Assembly (NCBI GenBank): GCA_900617105.1
Contig: UYFQ01000168.1
Coordinates: 1 to 39,495, forward strand
Length of the DNA stretch: 39,495 nucleotides
From: Hydrurus foetidus
Lineage: Eukaryota
Reading direction: 5' to 3'
The notes beneath the pieces are model-generated. The model did no database searches. It was not told the origin of the DNA and saw only the letters and a list, made by a program, of their open reading frames with translations. Shown in pieces: positions 11,363 through 21,199 of the stretch (position 1 is the stretch's first letter; each line of letters opens with the position of its first letter). The position numbers and the translations under genes are program-made.

Positions 11363-14030
11363 AGTACAGGCAGTAACGCTCGAGGATCCTGACGCACTGT
11401 TGTAAGTACCAGCAAGACAATCTGTACACTGAGTGGAGTTTGAGGAAGACCAACTGCCGCTGTCGCAAGTAGTGCACTGAGTGGATTTAGACGAAGAGTA
11501 TGTGCCTGCAGAACAGATGCTGCAAGCGCTGACAGATTGAGCTCCCGTAGTGTTACCATATGTGCCCGCTGCGCATGATAAGCAGCTTGAGGATCCGCTA
11601 GCCCCTTTGGATGGGAGGTAAGTCCCTGGCATGCACTTGGTGCACGATGTCGCTCCTGTCGTGGAGGAGTAGGATCCCTTGGCGCATGCAAGACAAGTGC
11701 TGACAGACGCCGCTGACGTGGAGTTCGAGTAGGTACCGACGGGACAATTCACGCATGGCTGAGAAGGTGAAGAGACATATGTGCCAGCGCCACATGACGT
11801 GCATGATGAGGATCCCCCGTAATTGACATAACTCCCAGGAGCGCAAGGTGTACATGAGCCTGCACCTGACGCGCTGTACGAGCCACTAGCGCACCTCAGG
11901 CAGGCGCATGCCGGCCATGATGACAAGGAAAAGAGGCCTGCTGAACACGCAATGCAGGTGGATCTTGACAGTGCACCAATAGCAGTGGAAAAGATGCCGG
12001 AGGAGCAGGGTAGGCAAGCTCTCGTTCCATTGACGTAAGTGCCAGCTATGCACGCGGAGGAGCACGAAGAGGATCCTGCTGCCGAGTACATGCCAGCGCT
12101 GCACGCAAGGCATGTGGTGACATTGGTTGCCGCTGTTGCTGTCGAGGAAGTGCCAGCTGCGCAAGGAGTGCACACACTGTTGGCTAGGTAGTAGCCCGCA
12201 GTGCAACAGTTGCTTCCTTTCGAGCATCCAATTATAGCGATCGAGGCAAATCCACTTCCTGGAGTTGCTCCTTGGGCATTGGTGACCACTGAAGCTCGGC
12301 TGGTAATGAAAGATGATCCCCCAGCACCCGATATAAACATATTGCCCCCACGTCCACCTCCATAGTAGCCCCCGCCCCAGTTCCACCTGAGTGGTAGACA
12401 TTGTTTTCTCATTAGTCAAAGGACGAAAGAGTCAAAAATAGAAAAACATCGGAGTTGAGCTTTTTAGTAAAACCAGATGCAATTGATGATGCCTTACCCG
12501 CTTTGTTTGAATCTTCTGGAACTCTGGTGCCCCGTTGGCCAAAGCTACCGGACCCATCACCTCCAATACCGTTTTGCCCAGATACTCCACCTGAGACTTG
12601 AGAGCCACCAGTGGCTGCGAGATCAGGAGAATAATCAGGAGGACTGCGAGAAGACTCTCCCTCAGTACCTCCTGAAACGGTTCGGTGTAAAATAGGTCAT
12701 TTAAAGCTGTGATTCATCAGGACCTTCATTTAATTTCTGAGGCAGAAGATGGCCGTAACAAAGAATAATGAACGCAGAATTGTTTTTGTACCTCCATTCC
12801 CTCCGGGAGTGTCATAAATGCTACCGCCGCCACCACCTGCTACGATGAGCCTACTGGTCAAATTGCCAGAGATGGTCTGAATGTCAGTTGCTCCTCCTCC
12901 TCCTCCTCCACCTCCTCCTCCAAATCCTTCTTCACTTCTTCCGCCCCCGTTGTAACTGCCACCTGTAAACCCGTCACCGCCAACATTGATGTACAGCGTC
13001 TGACCTGCTGTCACTGACAGATATGCTTGTACCCAACCCCCATAACCCCCAGTTTTAGTACCTCCCCAGTCGACATGACCTCCTTTAGCACCATAAGCGT
13101 TGATAAACACCTTCGACACCCCGGTGGGAACAGTCCTTGAAGAAAATAGGTTACAATTGTATGACAGTGAAGAAAGATGATGTTGGCGTAATAAAAAGTG
13201 TATGTCTACAACTGGTAGATATTAAATGGTAACTTCCATTGCGAAAATGGTGCAAAATGTTTAACGACAATGACACACAGAAATCAAATTCGCACCATGT
13301 CTGGACGGCCCCAGTGTAGGCGAAAGAGGTGGTCCCACCCGCAGCCAGCTCGCGTCGATCACTTCCTACTTCATGTTGTGGCTCATTCGATCGCAGAGTA
13401 GTAGTGATCTCGGCGTTTGCTAGAAGGAAAATCGTCGCACCGAAAATGACGATGACAAAACGAGAAAGATTGTGAGACACGCGTATCGAAGGTGATCTTT
13501 GGTACTCATGTTGATCAGTCTTCCTATGGCAAGTAGATCTGAGGTAGAAAGAGGCGAGGAAAAGAGCCACTGGAGAAATATGTATGAGCGCACTCATGGC
13601 TTCAATCGACGAGATACAGACACAGTTCGATGAAGCCCCGTACTGGAGGTAGCGATAAGAAACTGGAGAGGACATTCTCGTGGCGCAGGGGTTACTTGTT
13701 TGCGACAGAAGAAAGAAATCGACCGTTTAAACAATTCTAAACGTAGAACGTCAAAGACTCTAAGAAACTGGATTGCTAATTCTTCATCTGCGACAGCAAT
13801 CTGCGGTCTGTATGCTGTCGTTAGGATTACGTACATACAGGTGTTGGAACAAGGGGGTATAAAAGGAGAGGGGGCGGTTTCGAGACCCATCCCCACTCAA
13901 ACAAATTCTCACCTCAGTCTCGCTCAATAAATTTGAAGCTGAACTACCTGATATCCTTTGGTAACGTTACATAAGCACTCACTCAATATTGGTCGATTGT
14001 GCTTCATTTGCAGTCCTCTTCCCTCGCACA

Positions 14031-15521
14031 ATGGTCGTGCTTGATCTTGACATATTTCTGAGTGATGGTGGCATCTTTAAAACGACCATGCAGGCTCTCT
14101 ACAGCTGTGACGAATTTTTCCTGCAGCGGCAGCAAGTCTTCACTAACTTTTTTAACAAGTGCATGACAGATCCCGTCACATCAAATGACGTCATTCAAGT
14201 ATTATACGGGCTAACTGGTGGCTATCATAGCCTGTACAATTCTTTGGTGACCAAAACGATCGGTCCTCTCGAGAAAAGACACCGAGCTGGAAAACTCATG
14301 GTCCAAAAATATGAGTCGAGTAGAATTCTTCTTATCGATGAATACCTGAAGAAGTTTTCTTGTTTGAGTGGTACAAAGGATCATTTGTTGCTGTTGGAAG
14401 ATGAAACGTCAACCGTTAACAAATTCGAAGAAAGTAACTTATTGTTCTGTATCTTGGAACAATCTCTATACGACAATTACTGGAAATGGTTGCATTTTGC
14501 TAAAGGAATGGATGTTAATAACTTTATTAAAGAGAGACCGAATGATTCTTCGTATCCTTTTTCTACTACTATGCTGGATAAGATTTATGATATTACTGGT
14601 TACCTGTGCGGAGCGCGACTATTCAATTTACTTCGCTACAATAGACTGAAGAGTGACTACCATTTTGTATTCACTGAGTACTACACGCACTCGCGATATC
14701 CGAATGGTCATATGGCAGTAGAAGATAAGTTGCCAGCAGGCTATCTATTGTTCCGTCAACACTCAGAAGGACTTTATTTTGCGAGGGGTGCAAACTTTGA
14801 GTTTATTAAGATCATGCAGGCGATTTACATGCAGTGTTTGTCAACAGATGTCCTAATACTGTTCAATTCATCCGAACCAGTAAAGTTGGTTCATGAACTA
14901 CTTCTTCATTCAGATTCAGTTCAAAAGGCATTCATGAAGTCATGCTATACAATGCAAGATAATTTTGAAGGTGCAATGAATTTGGCCGAAGACAAAACAC
15001 CCGTATGTTATCTATTCCAATTTTTAGTGCAGGGATTTATCAGGGTATATTCGAAGGACATATATCAGCTTCGATTATCTAATGTGCTATTAAGCAAAAC
15101 AGGGGCGTCAGGTATCAGAACCGCATTGTTGACTTTAAGTGCTGATGCTCAAAGTAAAAAATCTATTGCACTTAAGAAGGGGGTTACAAACAGTAATGAT
15201 GAGTGTACTGCCTCTATACTCCCTTGCACCAACTCCTGTATATGTGGAAAAAAATTTGCGGCTAAAGGTTGGCTTGCCAGACATCAGTCATCGTGCACTA
15301 AATATCTTGCTCTTGATGAGCCTCTAATTCAAAATGATCCTCTCGATAAGGAATCTGTTGAATTGGATAATTTAATTGAATTAGAGGGTTTACAAGATTA
15401 TGGTGATTTTGACAATAATGCTGATCATCAAAGCGCAACGAACCTTGAGATTAGCTCTGAAGCGATGGAGATTTCATTTGATTCTCACTTTGTATCCAAC
15501 ATAGTCGAGGAGGACTTGTGA
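14031..15521 (+). CDS. Unknown ~496-aa transposon-encoded protein with a C-terminal C2HC zinc finger and acidic tail
   Basis: Uninterrupted ORF; first ATG at 14031; possible 5'-UTR intron 13961-14013. Motifs IYDITGYLCG, EGLYFARGANFEFIK and CICGKKFAAKGWLARHQSSC. Confidence 0.85.
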   Translation: MVVLDLDIFLSDGGIFKTTMQALYSCDEFFLQRQQVFTNFFNKCMTDPVTSNDVIQVLYGLTGGYHSLYNSLVTKTIGPLEKRHRAGKLMVQKYESSRILLIDEYLKKFSCLSGTKDHLLLLEDETSTVNKFEESNLLFCILEQSLYDNYWKWLHFAKGMDVNNFIKERPNDSSYPFSTTMLDKIYDITGYLCGARLFNLLRYNRLKSDYHFVFTEYYTHSRYPNGHMAVEDKLPAGYLLFRQHSEGLYFARGANFEFIKIMQAIYMQCLSTDVLILFNSSEPVKLVHELLLHSDSVQKAFMKSCYTMQDNFEGAMNLAEDKTPVCYLFQFLVQGFIRVYSKDIYQLRLSNVLLSKTGASGIRTALLTLSADAQSKKSIALKKGVTNSNDECTASILPCTNSCICGKKFAAKGWLARHQSSCTKYLALDEPLIQNDPLDKESVELDNLIELEGLQDYGDFDNNADHQSATNLEISSEAMEISFDSHFVSNIVEEDL

Positions 15522-15630
15522 TTGATTTCAGTAATATTTGAATTACATCTTATTATCTCATTTGTATATTTTTTTGTCACTAAGAAATGGTTTGATATTT
15601 TTGTTGGTAGTCATTTTTTTTATGTGATAT

Positions 15631-18600
15631 CTAAAGATGCAAAATACCATCTGTTTGTTTCCATATTAATAAATCTTTTTTATTGAAAATAATTTCTTTT
15701 CTTTTCCTTGCTTCATCCATGCGTAGTATCGCATAGTCAGTGCATTGGACTCTCGGTTCATTTTTATCATTTGATGTTGCAAGGGGCTTGGATATTGGAT
15801 CGTTTTTATTCATAATTACCGATTCTCTTTTAAGGCACCCACCCGAGTTTCTCTTTTTTCTATTTCTTTCACTAGTATTAACTTCTTTTATTAAATTTAC
15901 TTTTGTGCAAGAAGCTGCAGTTGTCCTGTGATCTAATCTGCCGTGACCAATAGCAAGTCTTATTTTCGAGAAACCATTCTCAACCAAATCTTGGCTTATT
16001 CTTCTAGGTAAGAAGTATACCGAATCGTTACAGTCATTACAGTAATATTCGGTCATTTGTATTATTGATTTTACCAAACTGATACAGTCATCCGATGCCT
16101 CTGCTGTAAAAAAACCACACATCTTTTGATATGCAGTTGCACTTTCGGGCAATTTTGATGACTGTCTATCTAAACATTCTATCTTCCATAACTCAAACCA
16201 CGCCAAGAAATCTTTTAGAAAATCCAGATTACCGCGGTATGTGGTTGCATCTAATCTATTCTTTGTAGAATTCAGAATGTCAAATAGGTCTGTGAACCAA
16301 ACGCATATTTCTCTCCATCCACAATATTTTTCTGCATTTTTAAAAGCATAGTACGGATTCACTTGATTTGGTAATTTTACATTAAATTCGTTATATTTCT
16401 CTTTATAATAAAGGGCTCTATCGATCATTACAATCATTTTTGGTCCCAGGACCTGATATAGATATATGTGTTTGAGGTAATTTAGTCTTTCATTGAGGTA
16501 CAATATAAAACATACATACATAAAAAAATATATATATGTAGACAAGAATCATGCATAGCATTCACTGTTACCTTAATGCATGGTCCAACTCGCATGGCTT
16601 GAAAACTGTTTTTAACGAAATCGGTCATTTTAAAATCGTGTTGTTCGTTAAGTCCCGAGTTATTATTAAATGACATCCAAAGTATCATCATAGATGATAG
16701 CGATAAATTGCACACATTCCCTTTCACATTCATGAATATATTTCTATTGCTGCTTGATAAGCTGGATACAATTTTCTTCACCATATGTGATGGATCAGAT
16801 ATGTAGAAGATAGGCTTTTCAGTAACTCTATGAATCATTAACTTTTCATACAATATTTTATCTCCATTATTAATTGTTTTTGTGAAGAATCTATTTTGGA
16901 ACTGTCTATTGCATTGTGCTCCGTCTCCAACGATCGCAATTATTTTAAAATGGAGCATTGAAGCGGCTAAAAGACTTCTGGAAATTACGCAATGTATGTC
17001 CATTGTGCTCATTGTATTTGTAAAGCATTGATAAATACAATAGTCAAGTTGCGCTCCTGCCAAGCTTACCAGGCGGACCTATTTGAGGTATTTGGAATAA
17101 AATCTGTTTGAAAATTTCAGTATATTATGATGTTAATTGCCTTGGATGGTCTATTATGTACCTGTGTTAAGCCTGTCGCTGAGTGACCAGATAATTTTGT
17201 TAAAGTCTCATCAAAATATGACATTTTCGATAAATCTTCAGCTTTAGTTTTTTCACAATTCATTCCGTAAAAGTCATGATAGATTTCTCTATTTATACCA
17301 TGTGAAGGTAATTCGGCCAATCCATATACTTTTTGCTGCGAAACGGAATAAACAATACCGTTCGTGATGATCATCTCGTCCATTAATAGTGCACACCATT
17401 CTTTACCGCTGTTAGACTTCAAGGCTTCTTCTGACGCTAGAATTAAATTCGTCCACTGAACACCAACTTCGCACTTTAGTGAAGCTTTATGCCTAGAATA
17501 AAATTGATAAATTAATTCTTAAATCAGAATTAATAAATGACTTATTTGCTTTCGTATGGAATTATTAGTCATACCATTACCTTGATATTGTGTCCCATGT
17601 TGGAAGAGAGCGTAATTTTGCTTCACTCTCATATTTGACTTGACCAAGAGCATCCGCTAATGTTATTGAATAGTTTAATATTCTTGAGGAAAGTTTTGCT
17701 GTTCTTATCCCCCTCTTATCATTTCGTGCATTAAATTTTCCAAGGCTACTTGTTTCTGATCTTATTAATTCCTTATGGAGGTCTCTCATCTCATCATTGG
17801 TGTGATGTTCTTTGTCTATTTGTTTATCTATGAACTCATAGAAATTATTCCAAATTGTTGCTTCATCCTCATCTACTTGGATGAAACCGTTCCTCTCTTC
17901 TTCAATTTTACGCCATTGAGTAACTGCTGCTTGAAGTGTTTTAAATTTTTTTTTCCAGTAAGACACACGTTTTAACAATTTGTTCATTTTTTTGTTTGCA
18001 ACCGCCCACTTAAATTTTGTATTAGTTATGTGCATTTGGAATACTTCATTCAGTGATTCCCATTTTCTTTGACTTTCTCTAATAATTTTTTCATGATCTG
18101 ATGTTTTTAGGTACTTTGTGGCAGTATTATTTCTAAATGACCTCCAATTAATCTTACAGTCATTGCATGGGCTACCATTCTCAGTCATTTTGTTTTTGTG
18201 GAGTGCACATTCATAAGATTGAACATTGAATCTGTTATTACCATCATGTACAGAATAGTATATTGAGGCTGGTTTAATTAGTATGTCATTACTCAAGTTT
18301 TTTGATATTATTCTTCGCGGTAGAAAAAATCCCATGAGACCTTCCAAGGAGATATCGCAGTCAGTATCATTCTTGATATTTGCGAGCAAAGAGCAGTATT
18401 TTTCAGAAGAGTTACTACATTCTAACAACGTCCGATAGTTTTTTTGACTTAAAACCAATAAATCAGAGGTACTCGGAGTTGTGATGACACCGCTACAATA
18501 TTTGACATTTGGGATTTCTCCAATCTCAAAACTGTCTTCATTATCATTCATTGGAGTTAATGCGATATCTGATTCATACACTAGCGAAGACATCTGCAAT

Positions 18601-19662
18601 TGAAGTTTTAACGATTGTAAGAGCAATTAGAAATAATGTCAAATTTAATGTGTAATTAAGTATGAATGTATAATATGGAATTCATAATGCCTGTAATGAT
18701 TCATAACTTGTATCTTTTATTGTGTGACAGCATTGAGGCATGGAGTGAATTATCAATTCCCTTTGTACCCCCTTGAACTCAGGTTATGAGTGTAAATACA
18801 TGACTCAACAAAACACATCATATTTCCTAACCTCATGTGTACATGAGTGAGTGAGTGAGTGAGAGTGAGTGAGTGAGTGAGTGAGTGAGTGAGTGAGTGG
18901 AGGATGAGTGAGTGAGTGAGTGAGTGAGTGAGTGAGTGAGTGAGTGAGTGAGTGAGTGAGTGAGTGAGTGAGTGAGTGAGTGAGTGAGTGAGTGAGTGAG
19001 TGAGTGAGTGAGTGAGTGAGTGAGTGAGTGAGTGAGTGAGTGAGTGAGTGAGTGAGTGAGTGAGTGAGTGAGTGAGTGAGTGAGTGAGTGAGTGAGTGAG
19101 TGAGTGAGTGAGTGAGTGAGTGAGTGAATGAGATTACATACACATTATCTTTTGAGATAAGTTACTTACCTCATTTCGATTTGAGGACAAACTAGGGCTT
19201 ATTTGTAAATCCAATTGACTTATCACGTCTAGATTTAAGTAAATTCCTAACTTGAAATTCACTTCGATTGCTGACTTACTTTTCCCACGAAAGAGATATA
19301 CTGATGACATGCTGAACGTATTCTTTATTTTACGTTGCTTTGAAACCATCCAAAGACGATCGCTAAATTCATGTAGATCATTGTCTACAAGTAAACAATT
19401 GATAGTACTCAGTTGAGTGAAAATGCCAACGGACAACTGATTTAAATTTTTTCATGTTTTCCATATCATTTGAATGTCCCTAACCTGTTTTGATGGTATT
19501 GCTTCCATGCAGTAATTTTATGAGCGGAATCATCACTGTTTGATCACATTTTGATGATGGACTCGGTATGTGATTTCCTATATGAGCATTTAAACAGCTC
19601 TTGAAAATAAAAAGTGCTTCTCCATACACACCCATTTGAGAGAGTTCAATGTTCCCTAAACG
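15631..19662 (-). CDS. P-element/THAP9-like DDE transposase, multi-exon (5' exons uncertain)
   Basis: Core exons ~18593-17581, 17492-17162, ~17078-16572 and ~16452-15631 splice in frame. Motifs LPTWDTISR, CALLMDEM (D1), AIVGDGAQCNR (D2), SDPSHMVKK (DxxH), FQAMRV, LFDILNS and RRISQDLVENGFSKIR (E). Further upstream exons are likely at ~19436-19170 and ~19662-19485. Confidence 0.9.
18846..19126. repeat. (GAGT)n microsatellite, probably within a transposase intron
   Basis: About 70 units directly visible. Confidence 0.97.
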
Positions 19663-19721
19663 GCTGCAAAAAAATAATGCGAATTTTTTAAGGTATTTAT
19701 GGATCATTTTAGAGTTAAAGC

Positions 19722-19797
19722 ACATTTAAGAACATTTAAGAACATTTAAGATACATTTAAGATAATTTAAGATTATTTAAGATAATTTAAGATTTAA
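19722..19797. repeat. ~10-bp tandem repeat (catttaagaa/aatttaagat) x ~7
   Basis: Directly visible. Confidence 0.85.
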
Positions 19798-20728
19798 TCA
19801 CATATATTCGAGATGAAGCGTAGATAACGATGTAAAGTTGCTGAAAGCTATCACACCTCGGAGTTTCCATGTTGGGAATGTCGGAGAGAGATCCCAATTT
19901 GAGTTTATTCGATAAAAAAAGCTATAATTCGACGCCAGTGAGATAATTTACACGCGAAATTGATCTTAAATATGCATGCCAAATATGCAGAATTCCTATG
20001 CTTTAAGCTCTCCGGACTCAATTTCTCTCTTGTCAGGCTGCCTGCAATGCACTCGGGCTCAAGCCTATCGATGTTGTCCAGAGAGTAGGTTATTATCGAC
20101 TAAAGTGCAAGGTATTTGAAATTTATGATCTAAATTAATTATCAAACGATACTGGAAAAAGAGTTGAGCGGCCATCGGGCAGAGATTCATTACCTTCCCA
20201 CAGATCTGATGAGATAATGTCTTCTTGTTGATGACCCTCAGTTCTTTGGCCTAGAGAAGACGGCACGGTATTGCAGAGAAATTTAGGCGCAAATTGATAA
20301 GAAATTTTTGGAAATTGATAACTTCATGAGTTTTGATCTGCACCTTGGCAAACTTGGTCAATCATCTAGTTGTGCACGAGTTGAGCTACTCTCAAAATTT
20401 GCCAGGGTGAAGATCAATATTCAGTTTTCAACTTGGTCGAGTGAAGCTTACCTTGGTTGGGTCGAGCCAAATAGCGACGCGCCGTCGCAGACAAAATTTG
20501 TATGTCAGGAGGGGCGGAAAATGAGTCGAACCGTCATGGCCGATCGACGAGGACGCGCTGAAGTTCTTGGATTTGCCCTATGCTGCCAAAGTGGAGTTCT
20601 ATTGCAGCATTCATGATGTCTATTGCATTCGGGTAGTTCAGAGTTGAGTGAGACTGAGGTGAGAATTTGTTTGAGTGGGGATGGGTCTCGAAACCGCCCC
20701 CTCTCCTTCTATACCCCCTTGGTTGGAA

Positions 20729-21165
20729 TATCTGGTATTTCCATGTTATGTCGCACTTGCGTAGCTTAGTATGTACGGTCCATGGTCTGAGTCAGGACTC
20801 AGTCTAGAGTCCGACTCAGGGTCCGGTCCAAGGTCCAGACAGGGGTCCAGTCCAAGGTCCGGTCCGAAGCCCGGTCCAGGATCCGGTCTAGGTTCCAGTC
20901 AGGGAACCAGACCTGATTCGTGCAGAGTTTTGCCTCTGTCCAACCGTCAGGGTCTCCTGGCGGTTGATTCCTTTTGAGACGCTTTCAGTTTGTGAACTGT
21001 TCATGATGATTTGTAGCGCTGCAAGATTGATGTTAGCGCACAAATCTAATTAACAAGTGATTATTGCAACAGATAGTATTTCACGAGTCTTGAGAGGAAT
21101 CAGTCAACTGCCAGAGACCTTTCTCCTGTAGTTGTGCGTACCCGGTTCTACGTGAAATCTCAACA
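20729..21165 (+). repeat. Copia 5' LTR (main part)
   Basis: Apparently identical to 26233-26669; the spurious 68-aa ORFs in both LTRs are identical. Confidence 0.97.
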
Positions 21166-21175
21166 TAATTAGATT
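21166..21175 (+). promoter_or_regulatory. Atypical primer-binding site (TAATTAGATT), complementary to LTR 21043-21052
   Basis: Abuts the LTR's terminal CA. Lacks the TGG that would pair with a tRNA CCA end. Perfect reverse complement of AATCTAATTA inside the LTR. Confidence 0.6.
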
Positions 21176-21199
21176 AAAGCAACAGCTCTGCGCATCGTG

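Larger units (their letters stand above)
5193..13675 (-). pseudogene. Giant cell-surface/secreted protein gene, frameshifted as assembled: hydrophobic N-terminus, ALK/LTK-type glycine-rich domain, Cys-rich GCC2/GCC3-like repeats, 59x 20-aa repeat, Pro/Thr stalk, further Cys-rich repeats
   Basis: Exons ~13597(13675)-13296, 13135-12792, 12671-12498 and ~12386 onward. Motifs SFAYTGAVQTWTVP, YGAKGG, GGYGGWV, GQTLYINVGG, GGGATDI and LIVAGGGGG are typical of the Gly-rich domain. Frame breaks at ~12375, ~8465, ~6980, ~6391 and ~6198, and a TGA at 5193 where Gly is expected. Confidence 0.75.
13850..20721. mobile_element. P-superfamily DNA transposon (6872 bp) with two convergent genes
   Basis: 78-bp TIRs (13850-13927 and 20644-20721, 2 mismatches) beginning CAAGGGGG. 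7-bp TSD GTTGGAA at 13843-13849 and 20722-20728. Internal P/THAP9-type transposase. Confidence 0.95.

Noticed and set aside
5401..11691. Long alternative-frame and antisense ORFs (GVAVGD, QQLHPQ, LLVRTRRPLEQ, SLLQWSPSTYQQ repeats)
   Set aside because: These are by-products of stop-free tandem repeats; only the Cys-rich/PT frame fits the flanking unique sequence.
18766..18775. Internal TACCCCCTTG matching the TIR terminus
   Set aside because: Only 10 nt with no further TIR similarity or TSD; may be chance.
18805..19143. (THSL)n ORF
   Set aside because: Translation of the GAGT microsatellite.
13850..20721. Classification as Kolobok, Polinton or hAT
   Set aside because: No TTAA TSD and no polB, capsid or integrase genes. 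The CA-initiated TIRs, 7-bp TSD and DEM / DxxH / SQDxxE motifs fit the P superfamily.
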